Source: an uncultured Chromatiales bacterium (GTDB lineage: Bacteria; Pseudomonadota; Gammaproteobacteria; Poriferisulfidales; Poriferisulfidaceae). From it: DNA of 64,000 nucleotides. The stretch covers positions 59,727 through 123,726 of the forward strand of contig CAZRSJ010000001.1 in assembly GCA_964602805.1 (NCBI GenBank), given 5' to 3'. The translations under genes and the position numbers were made by a program. Under the pieces are notes generated by a model that was not told where the DNA came from, searched no databases, and saw nothing but the letters and a program-made list of their open reading frames with translations. Shown piece after piece: positions 18,435 through 28,768 of this stretch. How positions within the stretch are numbered: position 1 is the stretch's first letter; each line of letters opens with the position of its first letter.

Positions 18435-19525
18435 GTACGCTGTATCTGGGTGCCTTGTCGGGCACCAGCATGAATTCCATCGATGCCGCACTCTTTGACT
18501 TCGCCTCCGAACAGCCAAAACCTCTAGCCCGTCACGCCGCGCCTTTCCCCGATCTCCTCCGGGAAAAACTGCAACACCTGATCCTCAACCCGCACTCCCT
18601 TCAAGAGTACGCGTTGGCCGAATATGCGCTCAGCCAGAGTTTCGCCCAATGTATCCAGGCCCTGTTCGAAAGCAGCAACGTAACGCCAGACCAAATCGCG
18701 GCAGCCGGCATCCACGGTCAGACCCTTCTCCACCAGTCCGGCGGCGAACCTCCGCTGACCCTGCAACTCCTCAATCCAAACCAGATCAGCGCACAGTGCG
18801 GAATCCCGGTCATCAGCGACTTTCGCCGGCGCGACCAGGCCGAAGGCGGAGAAGGTGCCCCGCTTGCGCCACTCGCCCATCATCGCCTGTTTCATTCCGC
18901 GACCGAGAACCGGGCTGTCGTCAACATCGGTGGAATCGCCAACATCACTTGGCTGCCTGCCGACGGGACGGCACAGGGCCATGACAGCGGACCGGGAGGC
19001 GGCCTGCTGGATGAATGGAGCCAACTTCACCTGAACGAAGACTACGACCAGGACGGCCAGTGGGGAAGAACCGGGGCGATACAGGAAGAACTGTTGGAGA
19101 CGATGTTGCGCGACCCTTACTTTTCGCAACCTCCACCCAAGAGCACGAGCCGCGAGTATTTCTGCCGTTCTTGGCTTGAGGGTCTGATCACGGACCACCC
19201 GGCTAGCCCCGAAGATGTCCAAGCCACTCTGACTGAACTCACCGCCCGCAGCATTGCCATGGCGCTGCAAGCCGGCTCGCCAGCGGCGCAGAGAATCCTG
19301 CTATGCGGCGGCGGTGCTCGGAACACCTATCTCAGGGAACGCCTCACGGCCCTATTGTCCGCGCCCGTCGAACTCACCGACGAATACGGCCTGGAAGCCG
19401 AATGGGTGGAATGCTTTCTGTTCGCGCTGCTCGCTTGCCTGCACGACCGCGGGGAGACCGTCGACCTGACGGCAATTACGGGCAGCCGAAAAACTGCCGT
19501 GCTGGGTGCGGCCTGGCCGGCCTAA
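18431..19525 (+). CDS. anmK: Anhydro-N-acetylmuramic acid kinase
   Basis: 364 aa. N-terminal GxMSGTSxDxIDAAL motif (LSGTSMNSIDAAL). 4-nt overlap with mepM. Confidence 0.9.
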   Translation: MSTLYLGALSGTSMNSIDAALFDFASEQPKPLARHAAPFPDLLREKLQHLILNPHSLQEYALAEYALSQSFAQCIQALFESSNVTPDQIAAAGIHGQTLLHQSGGEPPLTLQLLNPNQISAQCGIPVISDFRRRDQAEGGEGAPLAPLAHHRLFHSATENRAVVNIGGIANITWLPADGTAQGHDSGPGGGLLDEWSQLHLNEDYDQDGQWGRTGAIQEELLETMLRDPYFSQPPPKSTSREYFCRSWLEGLITDHPASPEDVQATLTELTARSIAMALQAGSPAAQRILLCGGGARNTYLRERLTALLSAPVELTDEYGLEAEWVECFLFALLACLHDRGETVDLTAITGSRKTAVLGAAWPA

Positions 19526-19534
19526 AGATCCGTT

Positions 19535-19900
19535 TTACGGGGAAAACGAGGAGCCGCAACCACAGGTGGTCGTGGCGTTGGGATTCCGAATTACGAACTG
19601 CGCGCCTTCCAAACCCTCGGTGTAGTCGATTTCAGATCCGACCAGGTACTGAAAACTCATCGGATCAATCAGAAGGGTTACCCCGGCATTCTCGACCTGG
19701 GTGTCGCCGTCCTGGATTTCCTCATCGAACGTGAATCCGTACTGAAACCCGGAACAACCGCCCCCACTGACGAAGACACGCAGTTTCAGCGCATCGTTCC
19801 TCTCTTCCTCGATCAACTGCTTCACTTTCTGCGCAGCCGAATCGGTAAAAATCAAGGGCGCAGCCGAATCCATCTCGGTGGCGGGCATTGCTTCGCTCAT
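19535..19900 (-). CDS. erpA: Iron-sulfur cluster insertion protein ErpA (A-type carrier)
   Basis: Conserved Cys in GGGCSGFQY and C-terminal CGCGSSF. Confidence 0.9.
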   Translation of the reverse strand: MSEAMPATEMDSAAPLIFTDSAAQKVKQLIEEERNDALKLRVFVSGGGCSGFQYGFTFDEEIQDGDTQVENAGVTLLIDPMSFQYLVGSEIDYTEGLEGAQFVIRNPNATTTCGCGSSFSP

Positions 19901-20011
19901 GCAACTGTCCTCGAAGTCCGTTGTGAACTTTTAATCATAGCATAAAGTTTGCTTTCAACCTAGTCCGAATCAAGATAACTGATTGTCTTTACTAGGAATT
20001 TTCTGCATCTC

Positions 20012-20704
20012 TCAGCCGGGGTTCGACATCGCCCCGCGCCAGCTGAAACTTTTGTTGATCGCCCCCAGTTTTTTGTTGCTCGGAGACACCTCGACCTCAA
20101 CCCGTTCGACTTCAAACCTTTCGGGCAGTTGGAACTCTCCGTTCAAGGCTACGAAATGGCGGAACGAGAAAGACTGCTGATCCCCGTTTTCACCAAGTTT
20201 CGAGAGCCGGTACTGCCCCGGGCTTCCCTCCACGTGGCCATGCAGGACAAGGTCGTAACGGCCTTCCGCGATTTTGGAAAAATCACCCTGGTAAAGAACC
20301 AACCGGTAGCCCCAGCGCCCGCCTTCACCGACAATAAACATCTTGAGCGTATGAATGGAGAGTTTTTCCTCCCGATTCGGCCCCGTGATCTTGCGGAACA
20401 ACTCAAGCTCTTCGCCCGTCTTCCTCAATTCGGCCTCGCTGGTCTGCAGCATGTCCCGAAGATAGTCCAGCGTCTGGTTGCTGACTTTCAGGCGCCGCTC
20501 TGCCATGGTCCGGTCCACCATCAGCGCCTCGTTGCGCCGCATTAATTCCTTGATCTCTGTTTCTTGCCGTGCATTCACGATTTCCAGTTCTTGCGCGGAT
20601 GTCCCCAAGGCATAGACGCCAACGAAATAGGTCAAGGCGCCAGACACCGCCATCAGGAGAACGATCAGCGGCCAAGCATCCGTCGACGGCAAGCGGAATT
20701 TCAT
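20012..20704 (-). CDS. Conserved hypothetical membrane protein (one TM helix plus coiled coil), argC-erpA neighbourhood
   Basis: Start taken at MKFRL (ATG overlapping the argC TGA as ATGA). The track ORF extends further upstream into argC. Confidence 0.55.
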   Translation of the reverse strand: MKFRLPSTDAWPLIVLLMAVSGALTYFVGVYALGTSAQELEIVNARQETEIKELMRRNEALMVDRTMAERRLKVSNQTLDYLRDMLQTSEAELRKTGEELELFRKITGPNREEKLSIHTLKMFIVGEGGRWGYRLVLYQGDFSKIAEGRYDLVLHGHVEGSPGQYRLSKLGENGDQQSFSFRHFVALNGEFQLPERFEVERVEVEVSPSNKKLGAINKSFSWRGAMSNPG

Positions 20705-21729
20705 GCCGGCAGCGCGATCTGTGGCAGGCCGGCCTGCTCCGACAAACCGAACATTAGATTCATGTTCTGGATTGCCTGTCCTGCTGCCCCCTTGATCAGG
20801 TTGTCGATAGCGGAAAGAACGACCAGCGGTTCCCCCTCGCCGGGATGTAGGGCGATCCGACAAACATTCGAGCCACGCACGTTCTTGGTCTGCGGCAAAC
20901 TTTCCGGCGGCATCACGTCCACAAAGGGTTCAGCGTCATAGCGTTGTTCATATAGTTCTTGAATCGCCTTCCCTGACAGTTCGGTCCAAGCGTACAGAGT
21001 CGCCAGAATCCCCCGAATCATTGGCGCCACGTGCGGCGTGAACGTCAACTGCACCGCTTCTCCGGCCGCCTGACCCAAGGCCTGGGCAATCTCCGGTCCA
21101 TGCCGATGCTGATGGACGCCGTATGCCCGGAAGTTCTCCATCGCCTCGCTCATCAGCAGGGGCGTACTGGCTTGACGCCCGGCTCCGCTGATGCCGGACT
21201 TGGCGTCCGCAACCAGATGATCCAAGTCGATGGAAGCCGACTCCAACAGTGGCAGGAGCCCTAGAATCACCGCTGTCGGGTAACAACCCGGGTTCGCCAC
21301 CAGCCGCGCTTGACTCACTTGCGCCCGATTCAGTTCCGGCAACCCGTAAACCGCTTCCTCCAACAGTTCCGGGCAAGCATGCGGCATCTGGTAGTACGAC
21401 TCCCAGACCTGAGGATCCCGCAACCGGAAATCCGCTGCGAGATCAATCACCCGCCGACCCTGCTCCAAGAGCGCCGGGACCTGCTGCATCGCGGTGCCGT
21501 TCGGCGCCGCGAAGAACACCATCGCACATTCGGTTTCGTACAGCTGCTGATGGGGAATGTAGGCAAGATCCACCCCGGCCCGCAGGTGCGGGTGCACGTC
21601 GGCCACGGGCCGGCCGGCCTCGGAATCCGAACTGACCGCGACCACCTCGACTTCGGGGTGGCCGCTGAGCAAGCGCAGCAACTCCACGCCGGTATAGCCG
21701 GTCGCCCCTACGATGCCTGCCTGAATCAT
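20701..21729 (-). CDS. argC: N-acetyl-gamma-glutamyl-phosphate reductase
   Basis: 342 aa. N-terminal NAD-binding motif GIVGATGYTGVELLRLL. Catalytic Cys in PGCYPT. Confidence 0.9.
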   Translation of the reverse strand: MIQAGIVGATGYTGVELLRLLSGHPEVEVVAVSSDSEAGRPVADVHPHLRAGVDLAYIPHQQLYETECAMVFFAAPNGTAMQQVPALLEQGRRVIDLAADFRLRDPQVWESYYQMPHACPELLEEAVYGLPELNRAQVSQARLVANPGCYPTAVILGLLPLLESASIDLDHLVADAKSGISGAGRQASTPLLMSEAMENFRAYGVHQHRHGPEIAQALGQAAGEAVQLTFTPHVAPMIRGILATLYAWTELSGKAIQELYEQRYDAEPFVDVMPPESLPQTKNVRGSNVCRIALHPGEGEPLVVLSAIDNLIKGAAGQAIQNMNLMFGLSEQAGLPQIALPA

Positions 21730-21767
21730 TTGTGCGCCTCTATGATGCGAGCGTCCATCATATCTGA

Positions 21768-22220
21768 TTGGCGTGCTGTTCTATACTGGGAAGCATGCTC
21801 TGGCTCAAGGCCCTGCACCTAGTTTTCATGGTGACTTGGTTCGCCGGCCTGTTCTATCTGCCCCGCCTGTTCGTCTATCACGCGATGAGTGACGATGAGA
21901 TCAGCCTCCAGCGTTTTTGCGTCATGGAACGGAAGCTGCTCTGGAGCATCGCCACTCCGGGTGGCGTGCTGACCCTTATATTCGGGTTCTGGCTCCTAGC
22001 CTACCGGCTCGACCTGCTCTTCGTCGGCTGGATGCAACTCAAACTGGCCTTGATCGGCGTCCTGGTCGGCTACCACGCATGGTGCATCGTCCTGCAACGC
22101 CGGTTCGCGCGGGGAGACAACCGCCACGGTCATGTCTGGTACCGGTGGTTCAACGAAGCCCCTGTCGTTATCCTGATCGCTGTCGTCATCTTGGCCGTAT
22201 TGCGCCCGGAGGTGTTCTAG
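21768..22220 (+). CDS. hemJ: HemJ-type protoporphyrinogen IX oxidase (UPF0093 membrane protein)
   Basis: Four TM helices. Conserved LWLKALH..FMVTWFAGLFYLPRLFVYH block. True start probably MLWLK at 21795. Confidence 0.75.
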   Translation: MACCSILGSMLWLKALHLVFMVTWFAGLFYLPRLFVYHAMSDDEISLQRFCVMERKLLWSIATPGGVLTLIFGFWLLAYRLDLLFVGWMQLKLALIGVLVGYHAWCIVLQRRFARGDNRHGHVWYRWFNEAPVVILIAVVILAVLRPEVF

Positions 22221-22226
22221 ACCCGC

Positions 22227-22553
22227 TCATTCCCCGCTTTTCCCGGCGAGCTTCATGTAGTACGAGCGGTTCCAAAGGAAATGGGCGAATTCGTAATACC
22301 CGACCTTTCCGTCACCGTCCCGATCGACTTGGTGAAAGACTTCATGCAACCCCTTCGCCGTGGGCGCCTTCGCTTCCTCCTCGGAAATGAACTCGTTGCG
22401 ATCCAGGTCCGTCCCCCAGAAAGCTCCCGCCGTATAGCCTTTTCCGGCTCCGCCTCCGCCGTCCAGCGCCAGAACCGCATTATTCATCCAGAAAATAGCG
22501 GCTATCAGGCATAATGCCGACACAATCTGGATACGAAATCGTCTCTTCATCAT
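22227..22553 (-). CDS. Secreted EF-hand calcium-binding protein
   Basis: Signal peptide. Two canonical EF loops (DLDRNEFISEEE and DRDGDGKVGYYE). Confidence 0.7.
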   Translation of the reverse strand: MMKRRFRIQIVSALCLIAAIFWMNNAVLALDGGGGAGKGYTAGAFWGTDLDRNEFISEEEAKAPTAKGLHEVFHQVDRDGDGKVGYYEFAHFLWNRSYYMKLAGKSGE

Positions 22554-22601
22554 TCTCGTAGCCTCCCGGCTCCCATACTAACGCACCTCGCCACCTGACG
22601 C

Positions 22602-23276
22602 ATGAACGCGACCGCCCTCTACGATCTGGATCATACGCTGATCGACTGTGACAGCGACTACGAATGGGGCCAATTCCTAGCGGACTCGGGAGACATCGAC
22701 GGCGATGCCTACCGTGCCCGCAACCAAACTTTCTATGACGAGTACCGCCATGGAAGCTTAGACCCGGTCGCGTACCTGGAGTTCGTCTTGGCCCCTCTCA
22801 GGCAAATCGACGGGCAGAGACTGGAAGAACTCCGCGCGCAGTTCTTGGAGACCCGAATCCTCCCAGTCCTGCGCCCTCGCGCCCGGCAATTGATCTCGGA
22901 ACACCAGCAGCGCGGGCTGCGGCAGGTGGTCGTGACTTCGACCAATGCCTTTATCGCCGAACCCATCGTGCAGGCATTGGGAATCCCCACCCTGATCGCG
23001 CCCCGGCCCGAGATGCAAGCGGGACGGTACACCGGAAAACTGCTGGATTCCTCCTGTTTCGCCGCCGATAAGCCGGAGCGAGTCCGAGCCTGGGCAGAAC
23101 AGGAAGGAATACGACTCGGCGAGACTTGGGGATATTCCGATTCCTTCAACGACATTCCGCTTCTGGAATTCGTCGATCACCCGGTGGCGGTAGACCCGGA
23201 CCCGACCCTGCGAGCCCATGCGCAGGAGCGGGGCTGGAAAATCATTAGCTTGAGCGAGGACTACTCCGGGGAATAG
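22602..23276 (+). CDS. HAD-IB family hydrolase (SerB-like)
   Basis: Motif I YDLDHTL; later HAD motifs (VVVTS..., GDS.ND). Confidence 0.8.
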   Translation: MNATALYDLDHTLIDCDSDYEWGQFLADSGDIDGDAYRARNQTFYDEYRHGSLDPVAYLEFVLAPLRQIDGQRLEELRAQFLETRILPVLRPRARQLISEHQQRGLRQVVVTSTNAFIAEPIVQALGIPTLIAPRPEMQAGRYTGKLLDSSCFAADKPERVRAWAEQEGIRLGETWGYSDSFNDIPLLEFVDHPVAVDPDPTLRAHAQERGWKIISLSEDYSGE

Positions 23277-24196
23277 CCGAACTCTTCCTTGAAACGCTCC
23301 GTCAGTTCGGCCAAGGTCATGGTGTGGTTTTGCGCGCCCTGATGCTTGATTTTGCAAGACCCCATCAGCGAGCCGAGACGTCCACAGGTCTCCCAGTCCA
23401 TGTCGTTCAGGATGCCGTACAGAAGCCCAGCCCGGTAAGCGTCACCGCATCCGGTCGGATCCACATCCTCCTCTACCGATACCGCCGGGATTTCCAGCAT
23501 TGCACGGCCTTTGGGATAGATGCAGGATCCCCGCTCGGAATGCGTCACGACCACGGCTTCGAGTCGTTCCGCCAACTGTTCGATCGTCAGTTCACTTTTT
23601 TTCTGCATCAGCTCTGCCTCAAAACCGTTGAATGCCGCCCAGGTCGCCTGCTCCACAAAACGCAGGAAATCTTCCTTCTGGAACATCGGCATCCCTTGCC
23701 CTGGGTCGAACAGGAACGGGACCCCGGCCTCCGCCATCTGTTGCGCATGTTCGATCATGCCAATCCGGCCTTCGGGGGAGATCAGACCCAGGCGGATATC
23801 AGTCGGATCCACTTCCTGCTCATGACAGAGGTCCATCGCGCCCGGGTGGAAGAGCGTGATCTGGTTGTCGTCGAGGTCGGTCGAAATGAATGCCTGGGAG
23901 GTGAATCGGTCTCCCAGTTCCTTGACCCGGTTGCGCGAAATCCCCTTTTCATCCATCCACGCGGCATAATCCTGGAAATCGCGGCCGACCGTCGCCATCG
24001 GATACCCGGTCACGTCCAATAAACCCAAGTTATAGGCGATGTTTCCGGCGCATCCCCCGAATTCCCGGCGCATGTGCGAAGCCAGGAATGAAACGTTCAG
24101 ATGGTCGGCTGCGTCCGGGAGGATGTTCTCCCTGAAACGCCCGTCGAACCGCATGATGACGTCGTAGGCCAAGGAGCCGCAAATCAATACCGACAT
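23261..24196 (-). CDS. PfkB-family carbohydrate/nucleoside kinase
   Basis: N-terminal GG pair (CGSLAYD...GGCAGNIA). C-terminal DPTGCGDAY anion-hole motif. Confidence 0.8.
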   Translation of the reverse strand: MSVLICGSLAYDVIMRFDGRFRENILPDAADHLNVSFLASHMRREFGGCAGNIAYNLGLLDVTGYPMATVGRDFQDYAAWMDEKGISRNRVKELGDRFTSQAFISTDLDDNQITLFHPGAMDLCHEQEVDPTDIRLGLISPEGRIGMIEHAQQMAEAGVPFLFDPGQGMPMFQKEDFLRFVEQATWAAFNGFEAELMQKKSELTIEQLAERLEAVVVTHSERGSCIYPKGRAMLEIPAVSVEEDVDPTGCGDAYRAGLLYGILNDMDWETCGRLGSLMGSCKIKHQGAQNHTMTLAELTERFKEEFGYSPE

Positions 24197-24231
24197 GGGA
24201 AGAGAGAACTTCGAGGAACTTGGGAATGTCC

Positions 24232-25329
24232 CTATAGTTTACCGGCTTCGTTGCCATCCGCACTGGAAGCGGGCCGGCTTTCGTTGGGCAGGAGTGGTAG
24301 CCCGGCCTTCTGCTTCTCCTCGACTTCTTCGATGGCTTCTTCCATGGCGAGGAAACGCTTGGCCGTCGAAGGATGGGTGGTGCCCTCCAGATTGATCGCA
24401 CGGGGGTTCTCGGTAGCCATGCGCCGCCAGAACTTCATGGCGTTCCGGACGTCGTAGCCTGCACGGGCGGCATGATAGACCCCGACATAGTCCGCTTCGG
24501 ACTCAAACTCCTGGCTGTATGCCTGAGCACCGATGGCTCGGCCGGTTTCCGTCACGTCTACACCGATGGCTGCGGTTACGAGGGCACCCAAAAGAATGCC
24601 GATGAATTCATTGCCACGCTTGGATTTGATGTGCCCGCGGGTGTTGTGCGCCAACTCGTGTCCGATCACGGCAGCCAATTCATCGTCGTCCTCGACGAAA
24701 CGCAGGAACCCCGTGGTCACGTAGATACTGCTGCCATCGGCAAAAGCATTGACTTCGTCGCTGATCTCCCAATGGACCGGGAATGCGCAGACCCGGTCCG
24801 GCTGCACAACCACCGTACGCGCCCGGCCGTCCCGAATGATGCCAAGCCGAATCTCCTTTCCGCCCAACTCATCCAGTATTTCAACCAAATCCTCCATGGC
24901 ATCCTCGCCGTCGTCCAAGGTCTCTTCGTCTACCACAGCGATCTTGTCTCCGACCCGGATGTCCGCACGCTCACCCGAGGAACCCGGCGTCACGTTGACG
25001 ATGGTCAGGGCATTCCCGATTCCGAATTCCTCTTTCGCGATGTCGCGGTACTTCTCGTTCATTTGTTCCGCAGTCCAACCGCTGATGCCGAGACTGTAGG
25101 TGATGTCAGTGCCGCATAGTGCGGCATTGTGGAGCAGGACAGGATAGGCAACCCGGGCAACGCGCGCTTCGGTATCAAGGACATTCTGTATGACCGCGAC
25201 GCGCTGCTTTCGAGCCTCCTCCGCAGCGGCCTTGTCATCGATATCCGGGAAGTCCGTCGTCGGGGCACAAGCGACTAGGACGAAAACGGCCACAATGGCG
25301 GCAACCGCGCGTCTCAGTGCGATTATCAT
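24232..25329 (-). CDS. M48-family metallopeptidase lipoprotein
   Basis: Lipobox LVACAP. HExxH (HELAHN) plus downstream E. Confidence 0.8.
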   Translation of the reverse strand: MIIALRRAVAAIVAVFVLVACAPTTDFPDIDDKAAAEEARKQRVAVIQNVLDTEARVARVAYPVLLHNAALCGTDITYSLGISGWTAEQMNEKYRDIAKEEFGIGNALTIVNVTPGSSGERADIRVGDKIAVVDEETLDDGEDAMEDLVEILDELGGKEIRLGIIRDGRARTVVVQPDRVCAFPVHWEISDEVNAFADGSSIYVTTGFLRFVEDDDELAAVIGHELAHNTRGHIKSKRGNEFIGILLGALVTAAIGVDVTETGRAIGAQAYSQEFESEADYVGVYHAARAGYDVRNAMKFWRRMATENPRAINLEGTTHPSTAKRFLAMEEAIEEVEEKQKAGLPLLPNESRPASSADGNEAGKL

Positions 25330-25414
25330 TCTGTAAACGAGGCAATTTTGATGCCTAATGATACTCTACGACTGTGGACGATATGCATTCGAAATAGGGC
25401 GGGACTCCCCGGTT

Positions 25415-26770
25415 TTAGGGACCCAGCAAACCTCTTGGAACAAACCCTCCGCCGTGCTCGATTCGCCAGCTGTAATACCCGAGCGTCAGGCTACGCGCGA
25501 TCATAAAACCGGTCAGCGCAAGCCACAACCCATGGTTTCCCAAGCTCTCCGTGACAAACCAAATTGCCAGGTAGGCCCCGATCGACAGGACCATGCTGTT
25601 GCGCATCTCGCGGGTGCGAGTCGTGCCGATGAACAACCCGTCCATCAGGAAAGGCAGCAGGCAGAACACGGGCAACGCGATAAGCCAGGGCAGGTAGACC
25701 GATGCCGCGCCCTGAACCTCGGGCAACGAGGTAAGCCAGCCGATGATGAGAGTCCCGGCCCCCGCGAAGAAGGCGATCAGCAAAATCCCGATCAGCACGC
25801 ACCAGAACAATGCGGAGGCAATGACGCGCTCAAACAGTTGCCGGTCCCGCATTCCGACCGCCCGCCCGCACAATACTTCCAGACCATGGGCAAAACCGTC
25901 CATGCCATAGGCCGTGATGTAGAAGAAATTGATCAGCACGGCATTGGCAGCCAATACGACCGCCCCAAAGCCCGCACCCTGCGCCATGAAGAAGGCAAAC
26001 GAAAACAGCAACAGGATCGTGCGCACGAACAGATGGTGGTTAACCGCGAACAGGTTCTTCCACGCCGGTGCGTCCCACAGTCCATGCATCGTCATCCGCG
26101 GCATGGGCCGGAGCATGCGCCGCAGAATCCAGACCCCCAGCAGAAGGCCGCTGTAGTTCGCCACCAGGAAGGCATACGCCACTCCCCGCGTCTGCAGGCC
26201 GAAGTAGAACACCAACACGACGTCCAGCACCATGTTGACCACGTTGATCCAGAGCGCCAGGTACAAGGGGGCCCGGGCGTTCTGCATGCCCAGACACCAC
26301 CCCCAGATCACCATGTTCAGCAATACGGCCGGCATGCTCCAGATGCAGATCTCGAAATACAACTGGGAGTGCAGGTTGATTTCCTGATCCAAGGCCAGAA
26401 GCGTGTAGCTGACGTGCTGCAGTGGTTCTCTCAGAAGCACCACCACCGTCGAAATTAATATGGCGGACACCAAGCTGCGCAGCAAAACCAGCCGAGTCTT
26501 GTCGGAATCATGGGATGCCTGCGCAGCCAATGCGGTCGTACTCATGCGCAGGAACCCGACGCCCCAGAACAAAAACTGGATCAATGTCGATCCGACCGCC
26601 ACCGCGCCCAAGTAGTACGCCGCTTCTAGGTGCCCCATCACGAATGTGTCGACCATTCCCAGCAGGGGAGTGGCCAAGCCGGTCAGCGTCATCGGCCCGG
26701 CAATCCGCCACAGGCGCCGATGATCCTCCCATGTCGCCAGGCGGCTTCGAAGCGATGTCAGAGGGTTCAT
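25415..26770 (-). CDS. MATE-family efflux transporter (DinF/NorM-like)
   Basis: 451 aa, 12 predicted TM helices. N-terminal block typical of MATE (WRIAGPMTLTGLATPLLGMVDTFVMGHL). Confidence 0.85.
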   Translation of the reverse strand: MNPLTSLRSRLATWEDHRRLWRIAGPMTLTGLATPLLGMVDTFVMGHLEAAYYLGAVAVGSTLIQFLFWGVGFLRMSTTALAAQASHDSDKTRLVLLRSLVSAILISTVVVLLREPLQHVSYTLLALDQEINLHSQLYFEICIWSMPAVLLNMVIWGWCLGMQNARAPLYLALWINVVNMVLDVVLVFYFGLQTRGVAYAFLVANYSGLLLGVWILRRMLRPMPRMTMHGLWDAPAWKNLFAVNHHLFVRTILLLFSFAFFMAQGAGFGAVVLAANAVLINFFYITAYGMDGFAHGLEVLCGRAVGMRDRQLFERVIASALFWCVLIGILLIAFFAGAGTLIIGWLTSLPEVQGAASVYLPWLIALPVFCLLPFLMDGLFIGTTRTREMRNSMVLSIGAYLAIWFVTESLGNHGLWLALTGFMIARSLTLGYYSWRIEHGGGFVPRGLLGP

Positions 26771-26862
26771 GGCATTCGGCTACCTTGGCTGCTTCTAAAA
26801 TACGGGGTCATGTGTTCACCGGCACCCCATCCCTGGCCTGTCCCCCGAAGTTCATCAAATTC

Positions 26863-27483
26863 ATGGCTTTCCATCCGCACGGATTGTACGCGCTGACCCC
26901 GGACGACTGCTCTTCCCTGGCGGACGCCGTGGAGGCGACCATCGCGGGCGGTGCCCGCATGATCCAGTACCGGGACAAGACCGCCAGCACGACGGAACGC
27001 GAAGCGCGCGCAAAAGCTCTGCTCGCGCTGTGCCGACCGCAGGGCATTCCGCTGATCATCAACGACGATCTTGACTTGGCGTTGGCTCTCGGCGCCGACG
27101 GCGTGCACCTGGGCAAAGACGACTGCTCCATCGCCGAAGCCCGGGAACGGTTTCCAGGCGGATTGATCGGCGCCTCTTGCTACAATGATTTTGCACGTGC
27201 CCAAGCCTCCATTCGATCAGGCGCCTCCTACGTGGCTTTCGGAAGTTTCTACGCCAGCCCCACCCGGCCCGACGCCGTCACCGCCCAACCCGACCTCCTG
27301 ATGCGCGCACGTCGCGAACTGTCTGTCCCGGTCTGCGCCATCGGTGGAATCAATGCGGATAATGCGGCGCCCCTAATCCAGGCTGGCGCCAATCTGCTGG
27401 CGATCTGCAGTGGAATCTTCGCGCAGCCGGACATCACTTCCGCCACCCGGGCAATCACTCGCCAGTTCCAGGAAAATGGCTGA
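26863..27483 (+). CDS. thiE: Thiamine-phosphate synthase
   Basis: Start at ATG 26863 ([14 protein letters not shown]). The track ORF extends upstream over the MATE gene. Conserved GADGVHLG and GGI blocks. Confidence 0.85.
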   Translation: MAFHPHGLYALTPDDCSSLADAVEATIAGGARMIQYRDKTASTTEREARAKALLALCRPQGIPLIINDDLDLALALGADGVHLGKDDCSIAEARERFPGGLIGASCYNDFARAQASIRSGASYVAFGSFYASPTRPDAVTAQPDLLMRARRELSVPVCAIGGINADNAAPLIQAGANLLAICSGIFAQPDITSATRAITRQFQENG

Positions 27484-28768
27484 TTCCAACTGGTTTGACG
27501 CGGCCTGCCGCAGGATTCCCGGGGGCGTCAACTCTCCGGTCCGCGCTTTCGGTGCGGTCGGTGGAACCCCGGTATTCATGCAACGCGGCGAAGGAGCCTA
27601 TCTCCATGATGTGGAGGGGCGCTCCTACATCGACTATGTCGGCGCCTGGGGACCGATGATCGTCGGACATGCCCACCCTGCCGTGCTCGAAAGGATCAAA
27701 AGCACGGTGGATCAAGGCATCTGCTTCGGCACGCCGCATACACTGGAGACCGAAATGGCGGAAAAACTGTGCCAACGGGTCCCTTCGCTTGAAAAAGTGC
27801 GTCTGGTCAACTCCGGGACGGAAGCGGCCATGAGTGCCATCCGGCTTGCGCGCGGCGTCACCGCCCGCGACCGAATCATCAAGTTCGCAGGCTGCTACCA
27901 CGGCCACGCCGACGCCCTGCTGGTGCAGGCCGGTTCCGGAGCCTTGACCCATGGTGTCCCCTCCTCGCCCGGCGTTCCCGCAAACACCGTCGAACACACC
28001 GAGATTGCGCAGTACAACGATGCCGAGGAAGTACGGGCAATCTTCGCCGACTGCGGTGATCAGATTGCCGCGGTCATCGTCGAACCCATCGCCGGGAATA
28101 TGGGTTGCGTACTGCCGGAACCGGGCTTCCTCGAAACCTTGCGCGATTGTTGCGACCGCTACGGCAGCCTGCTGATTTTCGACGAGGTCATGACCGGGTT
28201 CCGGGTCGGACCCGGCGGCGCACAACAGCGCCTCGGCATCCAGCCTGACCTGACCGTGCTGGGCAAAGTCGTCGGGGGTGGCCTACCCGTCGGGGCTTTC
28301 GGGGGCCGCACTGAACTGATGGATCAACTGGCCCCGCTCGGACCGGTGTACCAAGCCGGAACCCTGTCCGGAAATCCGGTCACCATGGCGGCAGGCCTGG
28401 CGACACTGGAACTGACGGAGCAAGAAGGCTTTTACGAAGCACTCGGCGATTGCGCGGCACGTCTGGTGCAGGGCCTGCGCGGACAGGCAGACACATGCGG
28501 AATTCCGTTCGAGGCGGTCGAGGCGACCGGCATGTTCGGCATTTTCTTCACGTCCGGCGGACCGGTCCGATGCTATGCCGATGTCCAATCCTGCCAGGCC
28601 GAAAACTATCGACGCTTTTTCCACCACATGCTGAAACAGGGCATCTATCTCGCACCCTCCAGTTACGAAGCAGGCTTTTTATCCAGCGCGCATACCCATG
28701 AAGACATCGACCGGACCGTCGAGGCTGCGGGCATCGCATTCGACGCGATGCGCCAAGAAAATCAGTGA
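27476..28768 (+). CDS. hemL: Glutamate-1-semialdehyde 2,1-aminomutase
   Basis: Start MADSNWF (ATG 27476, 8-nt overlap with thiE). PLP-lysine region and [11 protein letters not shown]-terminal motif. Confidence 0.9.
   Translation: MADSNWFDAACRRIPGGVNSPVRAFGAVGGTPVFMQRGEGAYLHDVEGRSYIDYVGAWGPMIVGHAHPAVLERIKSTVDQGICFGTPHTLETEMAEKLCQRVPSLEKVRLVNSGTEAAMSAIRLARGVTARDRIIKFAGCYHGHADALLVQAGSGALTHGVPSSPGVPANTVEHTEIAQYNDAEEVRAIFADCGDQIAAVIVEPIAGNMGCVLPEPGFLETLRDCCDRYGSLLIFDEVMTGFRVGPGGAQQRLGIQPDLTVLGKVVGGGLPVGAFGGRTELMDQLAPLGPVYQAGTLSGNPVTMAAGLATLELTEQEGFYEALGDCAARLVQGLRGQADTCGIPFEAVEATGMFGIFFTSGGPVRCYADVQSCQAENYRRFFHHMLKQGIYLAPSSYEAGFLSSAHTHEDIDRTVEAAGIAFDAMRQENQ

Noticed and set aside
26422-26862. 5' extension of the thiE ORF overlapping the MATE transporter gene
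   Set aside because: The extension has no ThiE homology and overlaps 350 nt of a convincing convergent gene. The start was moved to ATG 26863.
26771-26862. Possible TPP riboswitch upstream of thiE
   Set aside because: The 92-nt divergent intergenic region lacks the conserved CUGAGA and pyrimidine-sensing helices. Only a short GGGGT/ACCCC hairpin is present.
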